This document shows positions 1 through 10,067 of a DNA stretch of 64,000 nt, one piece after another. A program made the translations under genes and the position numbers. Source of the stretch: Camelus ferus. Its lineage: Eukaryota. How positions within the stretch are numbered: the stretch's first letter is position 1; the number at the start of each line of letters is the position of its first letter. Below the pieces are notes generated by a model. It saw nothing but the letters and a program-made list of their open reading frames with translations, searched no databases and had not been told where the DNA came from. Location of the stretch: NCBI RefSeq assembly GCF_009834535.1, contig NC_045707.1, positions 47,804,001 to 47,868,000 of the forward strand, read 5' to 3'.

Positions 1-2638
1 TCAGAGTGAGGGAAATGTGAACTAGATGAGTCCAAGCTTTTTAAACTTTCGGAGAATTGCACTACTTCAACCTCTTATTTCTCTGATGTGTTTTACATTA
101 TTTAAGGCTAGACATATACATATGAAAGTTTTAGACTTGATATTTGCTCTATAATTGTGACAAATGTTTGTGACTGTACCCCATGAAAAGTTGAGATCAC
201 GTAAACAGAACATTCATCAATCTTTGTTTCATATTTGTAAGCCATTATTTATAAACACTACCCATCCTTTGTAGTTCAATTCAGCTCCCTTTTAACCACC
301 CCCACAAGCTGGTGATCTAACTTATTCCTTGTTTGTCTCCAATCTGAACATGTCCCCATAACCCGTGTTCATCAAACAAAACCAGTGCCACTTCCAACAA
401 AAATGCAGTTTCTTTGGCTTTACTTCCAGAGTTTCCAACTTATTAGGGCTGGATAAGTTGAAAAAAAAATCTATATTGTTTGACAGGCATCACAGGTGAG
501 GCTGATAATCAGCTTGATTTGAGAGCCAAAACTACTCATTTGGCATTTCTGTGTACTGCCTTGTACTGTTAGGGAGCCTTCCTCATCTGGGATTATCCTT
601 TCCTTAAAAGAATTAAATTTTTAAAATTTAAAGACCATATTTTTGATCACTGGAAAGTTATTTTAATGCTATTTTTTAAATCTCTGTAAGTGTGCTTTTT
701 TGTTGTTGTTAAATAAAAAATGGTGGTTATCTGTGTCCTCCAAAAGTTTTATTTTAGCAGAATATTCATCTTTGTTTGTGGATTATTATTCCTCAACCTG
801 ACTAGTTCCCTTGAGGTATTCATTACCTTCACTGCCAACCCTTGGTTCTATTTGCCTAGATTAGCATTGAGGAAACTTGAGTTGCAGGAATGGAAGGAGA
901 TACAGCAGGCTTGGTGATACAGCAGTCTTGGTCCCTGTTGGCAAATTGTCAAGAGGACGTCACTTTCCCACAAAGCGTCAAGGTAGTCAACCAGCCTCAG
1001 GGCAGGGAGGACTGGAGCCCATCTGTACAGCTCTGTCCAAACTCCTCCAAAGCCAAGGAGACCAGCAGGTGCCCTTAAGATCACCCTCAAGCTGCCACAC
1101 TGCCCTTTAAGGGTTCACAGATCCCCCAGGGCCACCCTGTCTCCAGGAAGCTCGGTGCTCTGACTCTTGCTTTCAGTTCATCATTGCTGGTGTGTGGAAA
1201 TCAGCTCATCACCAGCTCTCTCCAGCTGGGCTTCCACAGATGAAAGGTCTTGCATGCATCCTCCAGACCCTACCTAGCACCCTACCCTGAAGGTGCTCTG
1301 CTTAAGATAGGTGGCTGGAAGCTGACTAGAATTAGAATGGAAGCAGGGCATAGAAGAGGGGATAGCAGTGTGGGTGCTCAGGCCACCATTTTCTCAGAAT
1401 TATTGAAGTTTCCATCTGTGTTATGTCTGATTTCTCCAGCTAAGGAGCTTTGGATATGTATTTTGAAAGCAGAGATGATAATAAGCTCCATATAAAATTG
1501 GCATTGAAATCAAAGCTACCACCATTGCACACTCTTTCTGTGCCAGGCACCTGGCTAAGTGCTTCACATGCGTTAATGCCAAATGAGATAATGACTGCTG
1601 CACTTAGCACATTGCCAGGCACAGGTGGGTGCCCGGTCCATGCCAGTTGTTCTCTGTTCTTGCTCTTAGCTTCTGACCACAGTGAGGGCAGATGCTGTCT
1701 CTGTACATTTTTATGTTCTCCCATCCCTCCACACTTTACACCCTACCTTGCATAGAGGTACTCAACTTATTTGTTGGTTGACTAACTGAATACTGTACTG
1801 TATACTTCCAAAAGGCAATTTCCTATTTTCCTTATATTTAGTCAACTTGATTAATTTTTCATGTTTCTAAAAGTCCTAGCTGAAAGTTCACTTCTTTTGC
1901 AAAACTGCATGTAATCTCTATCCTCTGATAGAATCTCATCTACTCATTTTATAGATTGTTTATCTCTAATTCTACCTTGTATTCAAGTTATTTATGCATA
2001 TGAACTATATCCCGTACTAGAATTGGCACCTTTTTTTGTCTAAGTCAAGGGCTGTTCTATATCTGAAATTCCTTCTTTTGAAACCTTGCCCATAAAACAG
2101 GAAATAAAGATTAGAGGAATCTTTTCTTCACTTCTTTGTAAGAAAAAGCTGTCAAATTGGGAATGGATCATATGAAGCAAGGCAGCTTTGTAAGGTTAGA
2201 GGGTGGATGTACGGGGAGAATATGGTAGAATATCCTAGTTAAAGTGCTGTGTTGACCTACCTTGGACATCTTGCTCTCTCGTGAGTACTTTTTCATATGA
2301 GGTTTTCTTCCCCATTAATACACAAATGCTTTTCTCCTCAAATAAATTAGCATATCCATCTTAACTGACTCAGATTTTCTTTTTAAATGAGTAATCAATA
2401 TTTTAGTATAGGCACATCATATTTCACCAAAAATTTCTTTTATTAGTAATTGTATTTTGGAGTACAGCTTTTTATGTGTTAGAATCTGGCTCTAATGTAT
2501 GACCAAATAGCTACCCCAGCAGTAGGTGCCAGGGTTCTGTTTGATATAATACACCTTTATTCATTATCTAGTATGGGCTCTGCCTTGTGATAGGAACCTT
2601 TAGGAGAACCAGACTTGAATCCCTGCCTCAAGCGGTTA

Positions 2639-3229
2639 TGAGACAGGAGGGAAGGGGGCAGGGCACAACCAATGAAGGAATGACACAGCAATTGAGGACA
2701 GGGCAAATTGGTTAGAACCAAGATGGCAGAAATTCAACTCCCACTTCCAGAAGACCTTGAGTCTCATGGCACAACCACAGGTGCCATGACAGTTCCAATG
2801 TTGACCATAAAATGTCAAAAAGTGGGTGGGGGCCCAATTCCTGGAAATCCCTGCCACTTCCCCAACATAGTTGGAATAATCCTCCTACTTGTTAGCATAT
2901 GAAATTACTGAGCCCATAGAAACTAACAGCCTTGCACCTCGTGATGGCTTTCTCTCTTGCCTTCTGAGACAGCCAGCACTCAGTACGGAGTGTGTATCTA
3001 TTTTTACTTTAAGCAGAACACCCACCTCTTGGCCTCTCTCCCTCTTGCCTTTTGAGATGGCCTGCATTCTGCCTCTAGAATGTGTATCTCCTAAGCCGCT
3101 CTCCCTTCTGAGTGAGATGTACTGCACTCTGTGGTGTATGTATCTCTCTAAATAAATTTACTTTCACTTTACTATGCCTTGCTCTTGAATTCTTTCCTGT
3201 GCGAGGCAAGAACCTATTCTCTGGCAACA
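2639..3229 (+). mobile_element. ERV1-class solo LTR (MER41-like), 591 bp
   Basis: Begins TG (2639) and ends CA (3229), with a perfect 4-bp target-site duplication GTTA (2635-2638 and 3230-3233). AATAAA near 3151. Three internal ~50-bp tandem units ending (T)GTGTATCT/TATGTATCT (~2951-3145). Family name from remembered similarity. Confidence 0.85.
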
Positions 3230-3499
3230 GTTAGAAGACTGCAGAGGTCAGGAAGAAAGAACCTGGATATGGACATTTACACACCAGGGTTTGAGTCCTG
3301 AAAATGCCACCTATACACCTTCTGGAACCATAATGATCTTGATGTACAGCAAGCTTCTAATGCATATTAACTAGTATTATTGATAAGGAAATAGGATACT
3401 TGGAAAAATTTACTGAAGTGCATACTACTGGAAGGCATAATCTCAGTTTGATTTATTTTTGAAAATTCCACAATGCTCAGCACAGTATCCTATTATAGA

Positions 3500-3871
3500 T
3501 GTTGTGGGTAAACTTCCAGAATATGAAGTTGTCACTGGAAGGTGGCTGCCCCATTGGGAAATACATTTCTCAACCATCTTGCATCTGGATGTGGCTATGT
3601 GATTTGTTCATTCCAATAGTGTGTGAGCAGATGGTGTTATAAACAGAGGAGCCTTCAAAAGCTTCTTTTCTCTTATCTTGGATAAATGTATAGAACTCCG
3701 AGGCTCTAGAAGATGATGGAGGCAAAGGATGAAGGGATTCTGGCTCCCTGAATCTAAGTCACTCTCACCACACTGTTTCTGTTGATAATTAAACCTTTAC
3801 AGCATTAAAATTTGGCCATTGAAATTTGGGGGTTTACTTATTGCAACAACTTGCATTACATTAACTAATAC
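3500..3871 (+). mobile_element. Old MaLR (MLT1-type) LTR remnant
   Basis: MLT1-like motifs 'tacatttctcaaccatcttgcatctggatgtggctatgtga' and 3' end 'ccattgaaatttgggggtttacttattgcaacaac...taactaatac'. Confidence 0.65.
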
Positions 3872-3949
3872 TGCTGTTCAGCAAATTTGTGGAAATAATA
3901 AATGGGCTGTATAACTGAATCACTCATAATACAATACCTTTTATTATTT

Positions 3950-4041
3950 TTAACAGCAACTTTATTTATAGTTGCCAAGATATGGAGGCATCCTATGTGC
4001 ACATCAATAGTTGAATAGATAATGAAGATAATGAAGATGTA

Positions 4042-4096
<55 letters not shown>

Positions 4097-4142
4097 AATA
4101 CAACTCACACAGAAAAAAGGATTATTTTGCCATTTGCTGCCC
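3950..4142 (+). mobile_element. L1 ORF2 C-terminal fragment with expanded (TA)n
   Basis: Degenerate match to the L1 AALFTIAKIWKQPKCPS..EWIKKMWYIY..EYYS..KK..ILPFA region; the (TA)26 tract sits at the 'YIY' position. Confidence 0.75.
4043..4094. repeat. (TA)26 microsatellite
   Basis: Perfect dinucleotide run, read directly. Confidence 0.98.
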
Positions 4143-4151
4143 TTCATTCAC

Positions 4152-5670
4152 TTTTTTTTTTTTACTTCAAAAACCAGAATTTTATAACTGGCAGAGACAT
4201 TTCCATTACATCAAAAACAACAATAAAAAAAAAAACACCTAGAAATAAACTTAACCAAGGAAGTTACCTTTACTCTGAAAACCAAAAGGACACAAAGAAA
4301 TGGAAACATTTCTTGTGGTCTTAGATTGGAAGAATCAACACTATCAAAATGGCCACACTACACAAAACAATCCACAGATCCAATGCAACTCCTGTCAAAA
4401 TGCTCACGACATTCCTCACAGAACTAGAACAAACAATTCCAAAATTTGTAAGGAACCACAAAAGATCCTGACCAGCACAAGCAATCTTTTGTAGGTCTCT
4501 CTCTCTCTTTTTTCTTCTTCTTCTTTTTGTTCTCATTTCTTATGGTTTGATGACTAGAGAAAGTCCTTTAACATTTTTTGCAAAGCTGGTTTGGTGGTGC
4601 TGAAATCTTTTAGCTTTTGTTTATCTGTGAAGCTTTTGATTTCTCCATCAAGTCTGAATGAGAGCCTTGCTGGGTAGAGTATTCTTGGTTGTAAGTTTCC
4701 CCCTTTCATCACTTTAAATATATCGTGCCACTCCCTTCTGGCCTGTAGAGTTTCTGCTGAAAAATCAGCTGATAACCTTATGGGAGTTCCCTTGTATGTT
4801 ATTCATTGCTTTTCTCTTGCTAATTTTAATATTTTCTCCTTATCCATAATTGTTGTCAATTTGATGACTATGTGCCTTGGTGTGTTCCTCTTTGGGCTGA
4901 TTATGTGTGGTACTCTCTGTGCTTCCTGGACTTGGGTGACTGTTTCCTTTCTCAATTTGGGGAAGTTTTTGATTATTATCTCTTCAAAAATTTTCTCAGG
5001 TCCTTTCTCTCTTCTCTTTCTGGGACCCTGATAATGTGAATATTAGAGCGCTTCATGTTGTCCCAGAATTCTCTTAAACTATCCTCATTCCTTTGTATTC
5101 TTTTTTCTTTTTCATGTTCTCAAGTAGTGATTTCCACTAATCTGTCTTCTAGCTCACTGATCTGTTCTTCTGCCTCATTTAGTCTATTCTTGATTCCTTC
5201 TAGTGTGTTGTTCATTTTAGTGATTTTATTCTTCATCTCTGTTTGGGTATTCTTTATATTTTCCAACTCTTTGCTAAAAACTTCACTCTGTGCATCAATA
5301 CTCCTCTTGAGTTCTCTGAACATCTTGGCCACCATTACTTTAAACTCTTTCTCAGATAAATTATCTATCTCCTCATCACTTATTTCTTCTTCTGGGATTT
5401 TATCTTGTGCCTTGGCCTGGGAGATATTCCTTTGCTGCTTCATATCTTCTATCTTTCTGTGTGTTTATGGATTCCTTCCACAGGCTTTGGGGTTATTGTT
5501 TTCTTATTTCTAGTATCTGCCTCTGGTGGATGAGGCTGAACTAAAGGCTTATGCAGGTTTCCTGGCAGGAGGAGCAGTGCCTGCCCACTGCTAGGTGAAG
5601 CTTGGTCCTGTACCTCTGGTGGGTAGGGCTGTGTCTAGAGGCCTTTGTAGCTTAGGAAGTCTGCTGATGG
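4152..5670 (-). mobile_element. L1-derived element: partial 5'UTR + full-length decayed ORF1 + inverted ORF2 fragment + poly(A) (HAL1-like architecture)
   Basis: On the minus strand: L1 5'UTR-like sequence (5670-5444), ORF1 (5443-4554), A-rich inter-ORF spacer, antisense ORF2 RT-region fragment (~4488-4195), TATAAA (4186-4181), A12 tail (4163-4152). Confidence 0.7.
4554..5443 (-). pseudogene. LINE-1 ORF1p remnant (coiled coil, RRM, CTD), frameshifted
   Basis: ORF 5120..5443 (MKQQRNISQ...LSEKEFKVMVAKMFREL...LNEAEEQISELEDRLVEIT) is typical L1 ORF1. Downstream frames give ITYKGTPIRLSADFSAETLQARREWHDIFKVMK and ILYPARLSF...STTKPALQKMLKDFL* (stop at 4554-4556). Confidence 0.92.
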
Positions 5671-6559
5671 GTCCATTGTGGGAATGTTTCATCTTAGTTC
5701 TCAGCTAATGAATGAAATAGAAAGCATTTGTCTGTATGTTTTCTCTTTAATGTATTGTATATTTTTGTCTTTTTATATAGAAAAATAGTCAATAATTCCC
5801 TTACTGAACTAAAGAATAGTTAGAAAAGGCTGCTAATAAAGCATTTGTGTTTAGAAGTGTAATGTCTTCCTGTGAGTTATTTTATGGGTGAAGTGTCTGG
5901 AATTGTTTATGAATACTGAGTTATAGTTTTTTTTCTTTCTTTCTTTTCTTTTCCTTTTTCCCCCTTCTTTTTCTTTTTTTAACCAAGAGAACTTAAACAT
6001 GATATAAAAAAAATCTTATCTTGTGGTAGAAATGTCAGCCACATTTGCGTTTACTCCTAGGCTTCCCCTAAAAGGAATGACTTTTACACATAACAGTAGT
6101 CTTGGTTTTATAAGTGGTTGGTAATATGTGCAAATGTATAAAGCATTCATTTTCCAGGAGCACTTTTCTCCCTGGTAACACACCAGGATATACAAAGTGT
6201 TGTTATTTGATTTCTTTCTTATGCTCGAACTCCCAGATGAGTTGAAATTCAACTTCACAGTCAAATGAGTAGCCATTTAAAGCTCAGGTATATATTTCCT
6301 AAGACCCTCTCAAAGGGTATATAATTGCTTATGTCTTTCCTAAAGATAGCAAACTGAATTTTAATTGGACCTTGCCTTTCCCAAGAGATCATTATACCTC
6401 TACTCCAAGGCCATATATTATAAAGCTTCAGTGTGAATTGGAACATGGAGCCCATTTGGGGTTTAATATTTAAAATTGAATTTACAGCATCTGACATCTG
6501 AGTCATTTCAGCAACCCCCCAACCAAAATTTTATTTAATTTGAGCCCCTCAAAAAGTGA

Positions 6560-6586
6560 ACACACACACACACAAACACACACACA
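6560..6586. repeat. Imperfect (CA)n microsatellite
   Basis: Read directly. Confidence 0.9.
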
Positions 6587-6723
6587 GATTTTGCATGTCA
6601 AAATTCCGTAAGCTTTCAGACTATGAAAAGCAGTTTGTTTTCTCAGGAAATAAGTCCCAAAGGGACTAGTTCCAAAATTTTCTTGTCTCAACCCCACCTT
6701 GACCTTGTCAGAAGCAGTGGGAA

Positions 6724-6727
<4 letters not shown>

Positions 6728-6797
<70 letters not shown>
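6728..6797. repeat. (TA)35 microsatellite
   Basis: Perfect run, read directly. Confidence 0.98.
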
Positions 6798-6798
<1 letters not shown>

Positions 6799-7849
6799 TA
6801 AAGACCTGTTGAGTCAGAACTGAGCCTGGAAGAACCTCAGCGTGGCACAGAATGACTCTTTTCATAAGAAGGACAGAAATGGAACCAAAGATCAGCTGAT
6901 GTAAGAGCACATCTAGAGGTAGAATCCCCCTGATCTTAGAAACAAGCAAGGCAACATTTAAAAAGAAACCCAAAGACTTGTATGGCTAGTTCACCAGTAC
7001 TAAATAACATAGCCATGTGCTTCTCTGTTCTTTACAGTTTAAGAATCCATGTAATTTTCCTGAGGTAAATTAGACTATGAAGACCAAGGTTAAAAATACC
7101 GTGAAAACATCCCAGAGAATGCTGAAGAGTGGAATTCATAGTTTAAAACTGTAAGGGGCAGTGTTATGGTCTTGCCTTATACCATAACAAAGTGGACCTT
7201 TGTGTATTATATGTAGTTAAGATTAGCTTTTTTTTTTTTCCCCTGAAAAATTTAAGTGGTATCTTTATTCCAGATTTGAATGTTTTAGAAATCTGGATTT
7301 TTTCCCCCTTAAATTTGTAGACATAGACTTGGATTGGCAACTAGGGTACCATGGTAGACAGTATATCTCTTAATTTTCTGAGATGTGATTTCTTCAATTA
7401 TATTATAAGGGGGTTGAAGTAAGTAATCTCTAGACCAGTAAGAGTTACAACATTTCATGGTTCTAATTTCAAGTAGCCTTTTCTCTGTTTATACCTCTCT
7501 AGATTTCAGCATTTTTCTGCCATGGAGTAAAACAATATTTGGATTACACACTCTGTATACTCAGTCCTGGAATTTTAGACAGGCTTCAATTTGTCCATTT
7601 ATTTCTATTTAATTATCTTAATTAACTTCCTCTGATAATGGATCTCTTGCTTCACCTTTCTTTTCTTAATCTCTCAATAGTATCAACAGCTTCTCAGTTT
7701 CTAGATTCAAAACATTGAAGTTTTCCTCAACTGTTTATTTTCCTTTGTCCCTAACATCAAATCAATCATGCATTTCTGTTGGGTGCACCTCTGGAGAAGG
7801 GGAAGACTAGTTTTACAAAACAGAGTAATAGAATTGCAGAATTGGAAGG

Positions 7850-7925
7850 GACTTCATTTTTTGGTTCACAGATTTTTTATAATTTCTTTGAGGGTCTGAA
7901 GAAATATATGCTCCGTCTCCCCAGG

Positions 7926-7977
<52 letters not shown>

Positions 7978-8052
7978 TTTGTTGTTGTTGTTTTGCATAA
8001 AATTTCTAGGGATTCATGAAATTCACCTGTGGATCTCAAATTGAGACTCCCT
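7850..8052. mobile_element. hAT-Charlie MITE (MER103C-like) containing (TA)24 at 7929-7976
   Basis: 'ggttcacaga...tttgagggtctgaagaaa...ctccccaggaaa...ttttgcataaaatttctagggattcatg' resembles MER103C. Confidence 0.6.
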
Positions 8053-8089
8053 CAACTGAGTCAAATGTCTCTAAAATCAGAATTTCACT

Positions 8090-9240
8090 CAAGAACAACC
8101 CTAGTGGATGGCTTTCTGCATCTGCTTGAGTACTTCTAGTGATGAAAGTACTCAATCTTTTGGAGCTTTCTCTTGCCTTGTTTATAACTTCTATTGAAAC
8201 TTCTATTGTTGGAAACTTTGTTTAGGGGTAAAATCTGTTTGCCTGTAGCTTCCAGTTCACCCTAAGTCTTCAGTATTTGAAGATATCTCCCATATCTCTT
8301 CAAATCTTCTATTTTCCATGTTAAATATTTACTATCTCTTCAACTGTGCCCTTTTTTGGCATAGCTTCCAGAATCTATTCTATTCATCTTTCTCTAGACA
8401 TTCTTTAGTGTTTTTATTTAATTTTGTTTCCCTAAGATAAATAACATTCTTCATATGTGATATGAATAACCAATGCAAAGTTCTTAGAAAAAATTTTTTT
8501 TTAATGGCATCCAATCTTGACTCTTGGCTTTGCTATTTGCTAGCCATTTTGACCTAGTGCTGGTTACTTAATCTCCTCTGATTTCTCACCTGTAAAATGG
8601 GGAGAGTTATACCATCATTATAGTTTGTTATCTTAGCACATATGAGGTACTCAATAAATGACAGATGTTATTTTTATTATTCAGGTTAAGATTACCTGGG
8701 GTAATTTGGAGGTTGTATCACATCTGATGATGGACAATAAAAATCTCTTAAATATTCTTAACCAGTATTAAACTTTGACCTCTCCTACCCTAAAGCTGCA
8801 ATTACTACTGTGTTTAAATTTAAATGCAGAATTTCATAATTAATTAATAATGCTAAATTTTATATTGGGTTTGGTCCACATACTAGGCTCCTGAGATATT
8901 ACTGAATCCTGATTCTGTCATTCAGTGTGTTACCTGTCCTTCCAGTTTTGTAATCTCCAGTCAAGTGTAGAATCAAGGACCAGGCTCAGCAGCACATATT
9001 AGTCACTTCTCCCCAAGTGGACTGTAATTCATTAAACAACTCTCTATCAGGACCAGTTTGTCATATACCTTGCTGATAATATGATATGCTATGTATTTGG
9101 GGTTCCCCTGACCTAACTACCAAAAAAAAAAAAAAAAAGGAAAAGAAAGAAAATGACGTTAGTATGAACTCACCATTATTCAGTTGTTTAACTGAGTTCT
9201 TTCCAAGTCCTGTAAGTCATAACAAAACTATATTAGAAGG
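8090..9240 (-). mobile_element. CR1/L3 LINE remnant interrupted by a MIR (~8505-8680, +)
   Basis: Degenerate L3 antisense motifs ('ctgcttgagtacttctagtgatg', 'tcttcagtatttgaaga', 'tcttctattttccatgttaaata'); MIR core 'ttacttaatctc...tctcacctgtaaaatgggg'. Confidence 0.55.
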
Positions 9241-10051
9241 CAGGGAATGTACCTTATTTGTACAGAGCCTAACAGATTTAGCTGCAGTACTTCCCTAAAT
9301 GTATAATAGATCGCTTAGTTGACTCTCAGATCAAAGTGAAGACAATTTCAAGGGCAAATAAAGGGAGAAAGCCTGGTTCTTCAAAACATGACCTAGTTCT
9401 CTCGCAAATATCGTGCCTCTCAATTCTTCCAAAGAATGTCCGTGAACCATGACAGCAGAGCTCATTAGAATCTCTAAGGCAAAGTGTGGGTAGCCAGCTG
9501 TGAGTCTTCTCTCCTTGTCCAGACTCTCTAGTCTTCCCCAAGCTCGGGGATGGGAGAAGCAGAAATAATAAAATGGACATTTATACCATCCAAAAGATCT
9601 GCTAAACTGAAACTCTCTGAGAAATCCTTCAACAATCTTTATGAATGAAATTCTTTTAAAAAGTTTCTTAGATGAATTTTCCAAACATCTTTCAGTGCTA
9701 AAATTAAAAAAAAAAAGGACTCAATGTTAATACCTTTCGATGAGCTCAGTCTGTTTTGCTGTTGCCTCCAGCTGTTACATGAGTTAGAGTTATGTTTGGA
9801 AGGACAGCTTATTTGGCTGGGAAGGTCATGGAAGGGAGTGTGGAAGAGGAGGGGCTTAGAGATGCCAGACAGGCAGGCGAGCCAGTAGACATACATGGAC
9901 AGACTCAGCAAGCTCCTCTTACTGTTAAGAGTGTGCTGCCTGAAACGGAATCTAAGGATCAAGCCTGGGAATGCAGGAGGACAGTGACCTCTCTATGAAC
10001 CTGGCAGTGAACTCTCCTAGAAAGCACTTTTTCTCAAGGTCCGTGACTTTC

Positions 10052-10067
10052 GGGGGGGGGGGGGGGG
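10052..10067 (+). repeat. G16 homopolymer
   Basis: Read directly. Confidence 0.97.

Noticed and set aside
848..1240. GC-richer patch with overlapping short ORFs (possible pseudogene or exon)
   Set aside because: No recognisable protein in any frame, and no poly(A) tail, TSD or convincing splice pair.
5055..5513. 152-aa hydrophobic, Ser/Leu/Phe-rich ORF on +
   Set aside because: It is the antisense shadow of the A-rich L1 ORF1 on the minus strand.
4152..5670. Ordinary twin-primed (5'-inverted) L1
   Set aside because: Segment order and poly(A) position are the reverse of twin-priming products, and the normal L1 3'UTR is absent.
6503..6973. ORFs with (IY)n tracts (also 6623..6823, 7779..8000, 7813..7998)
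   Set aside because: Artefacts of stop-free (TA)n microsatellites.
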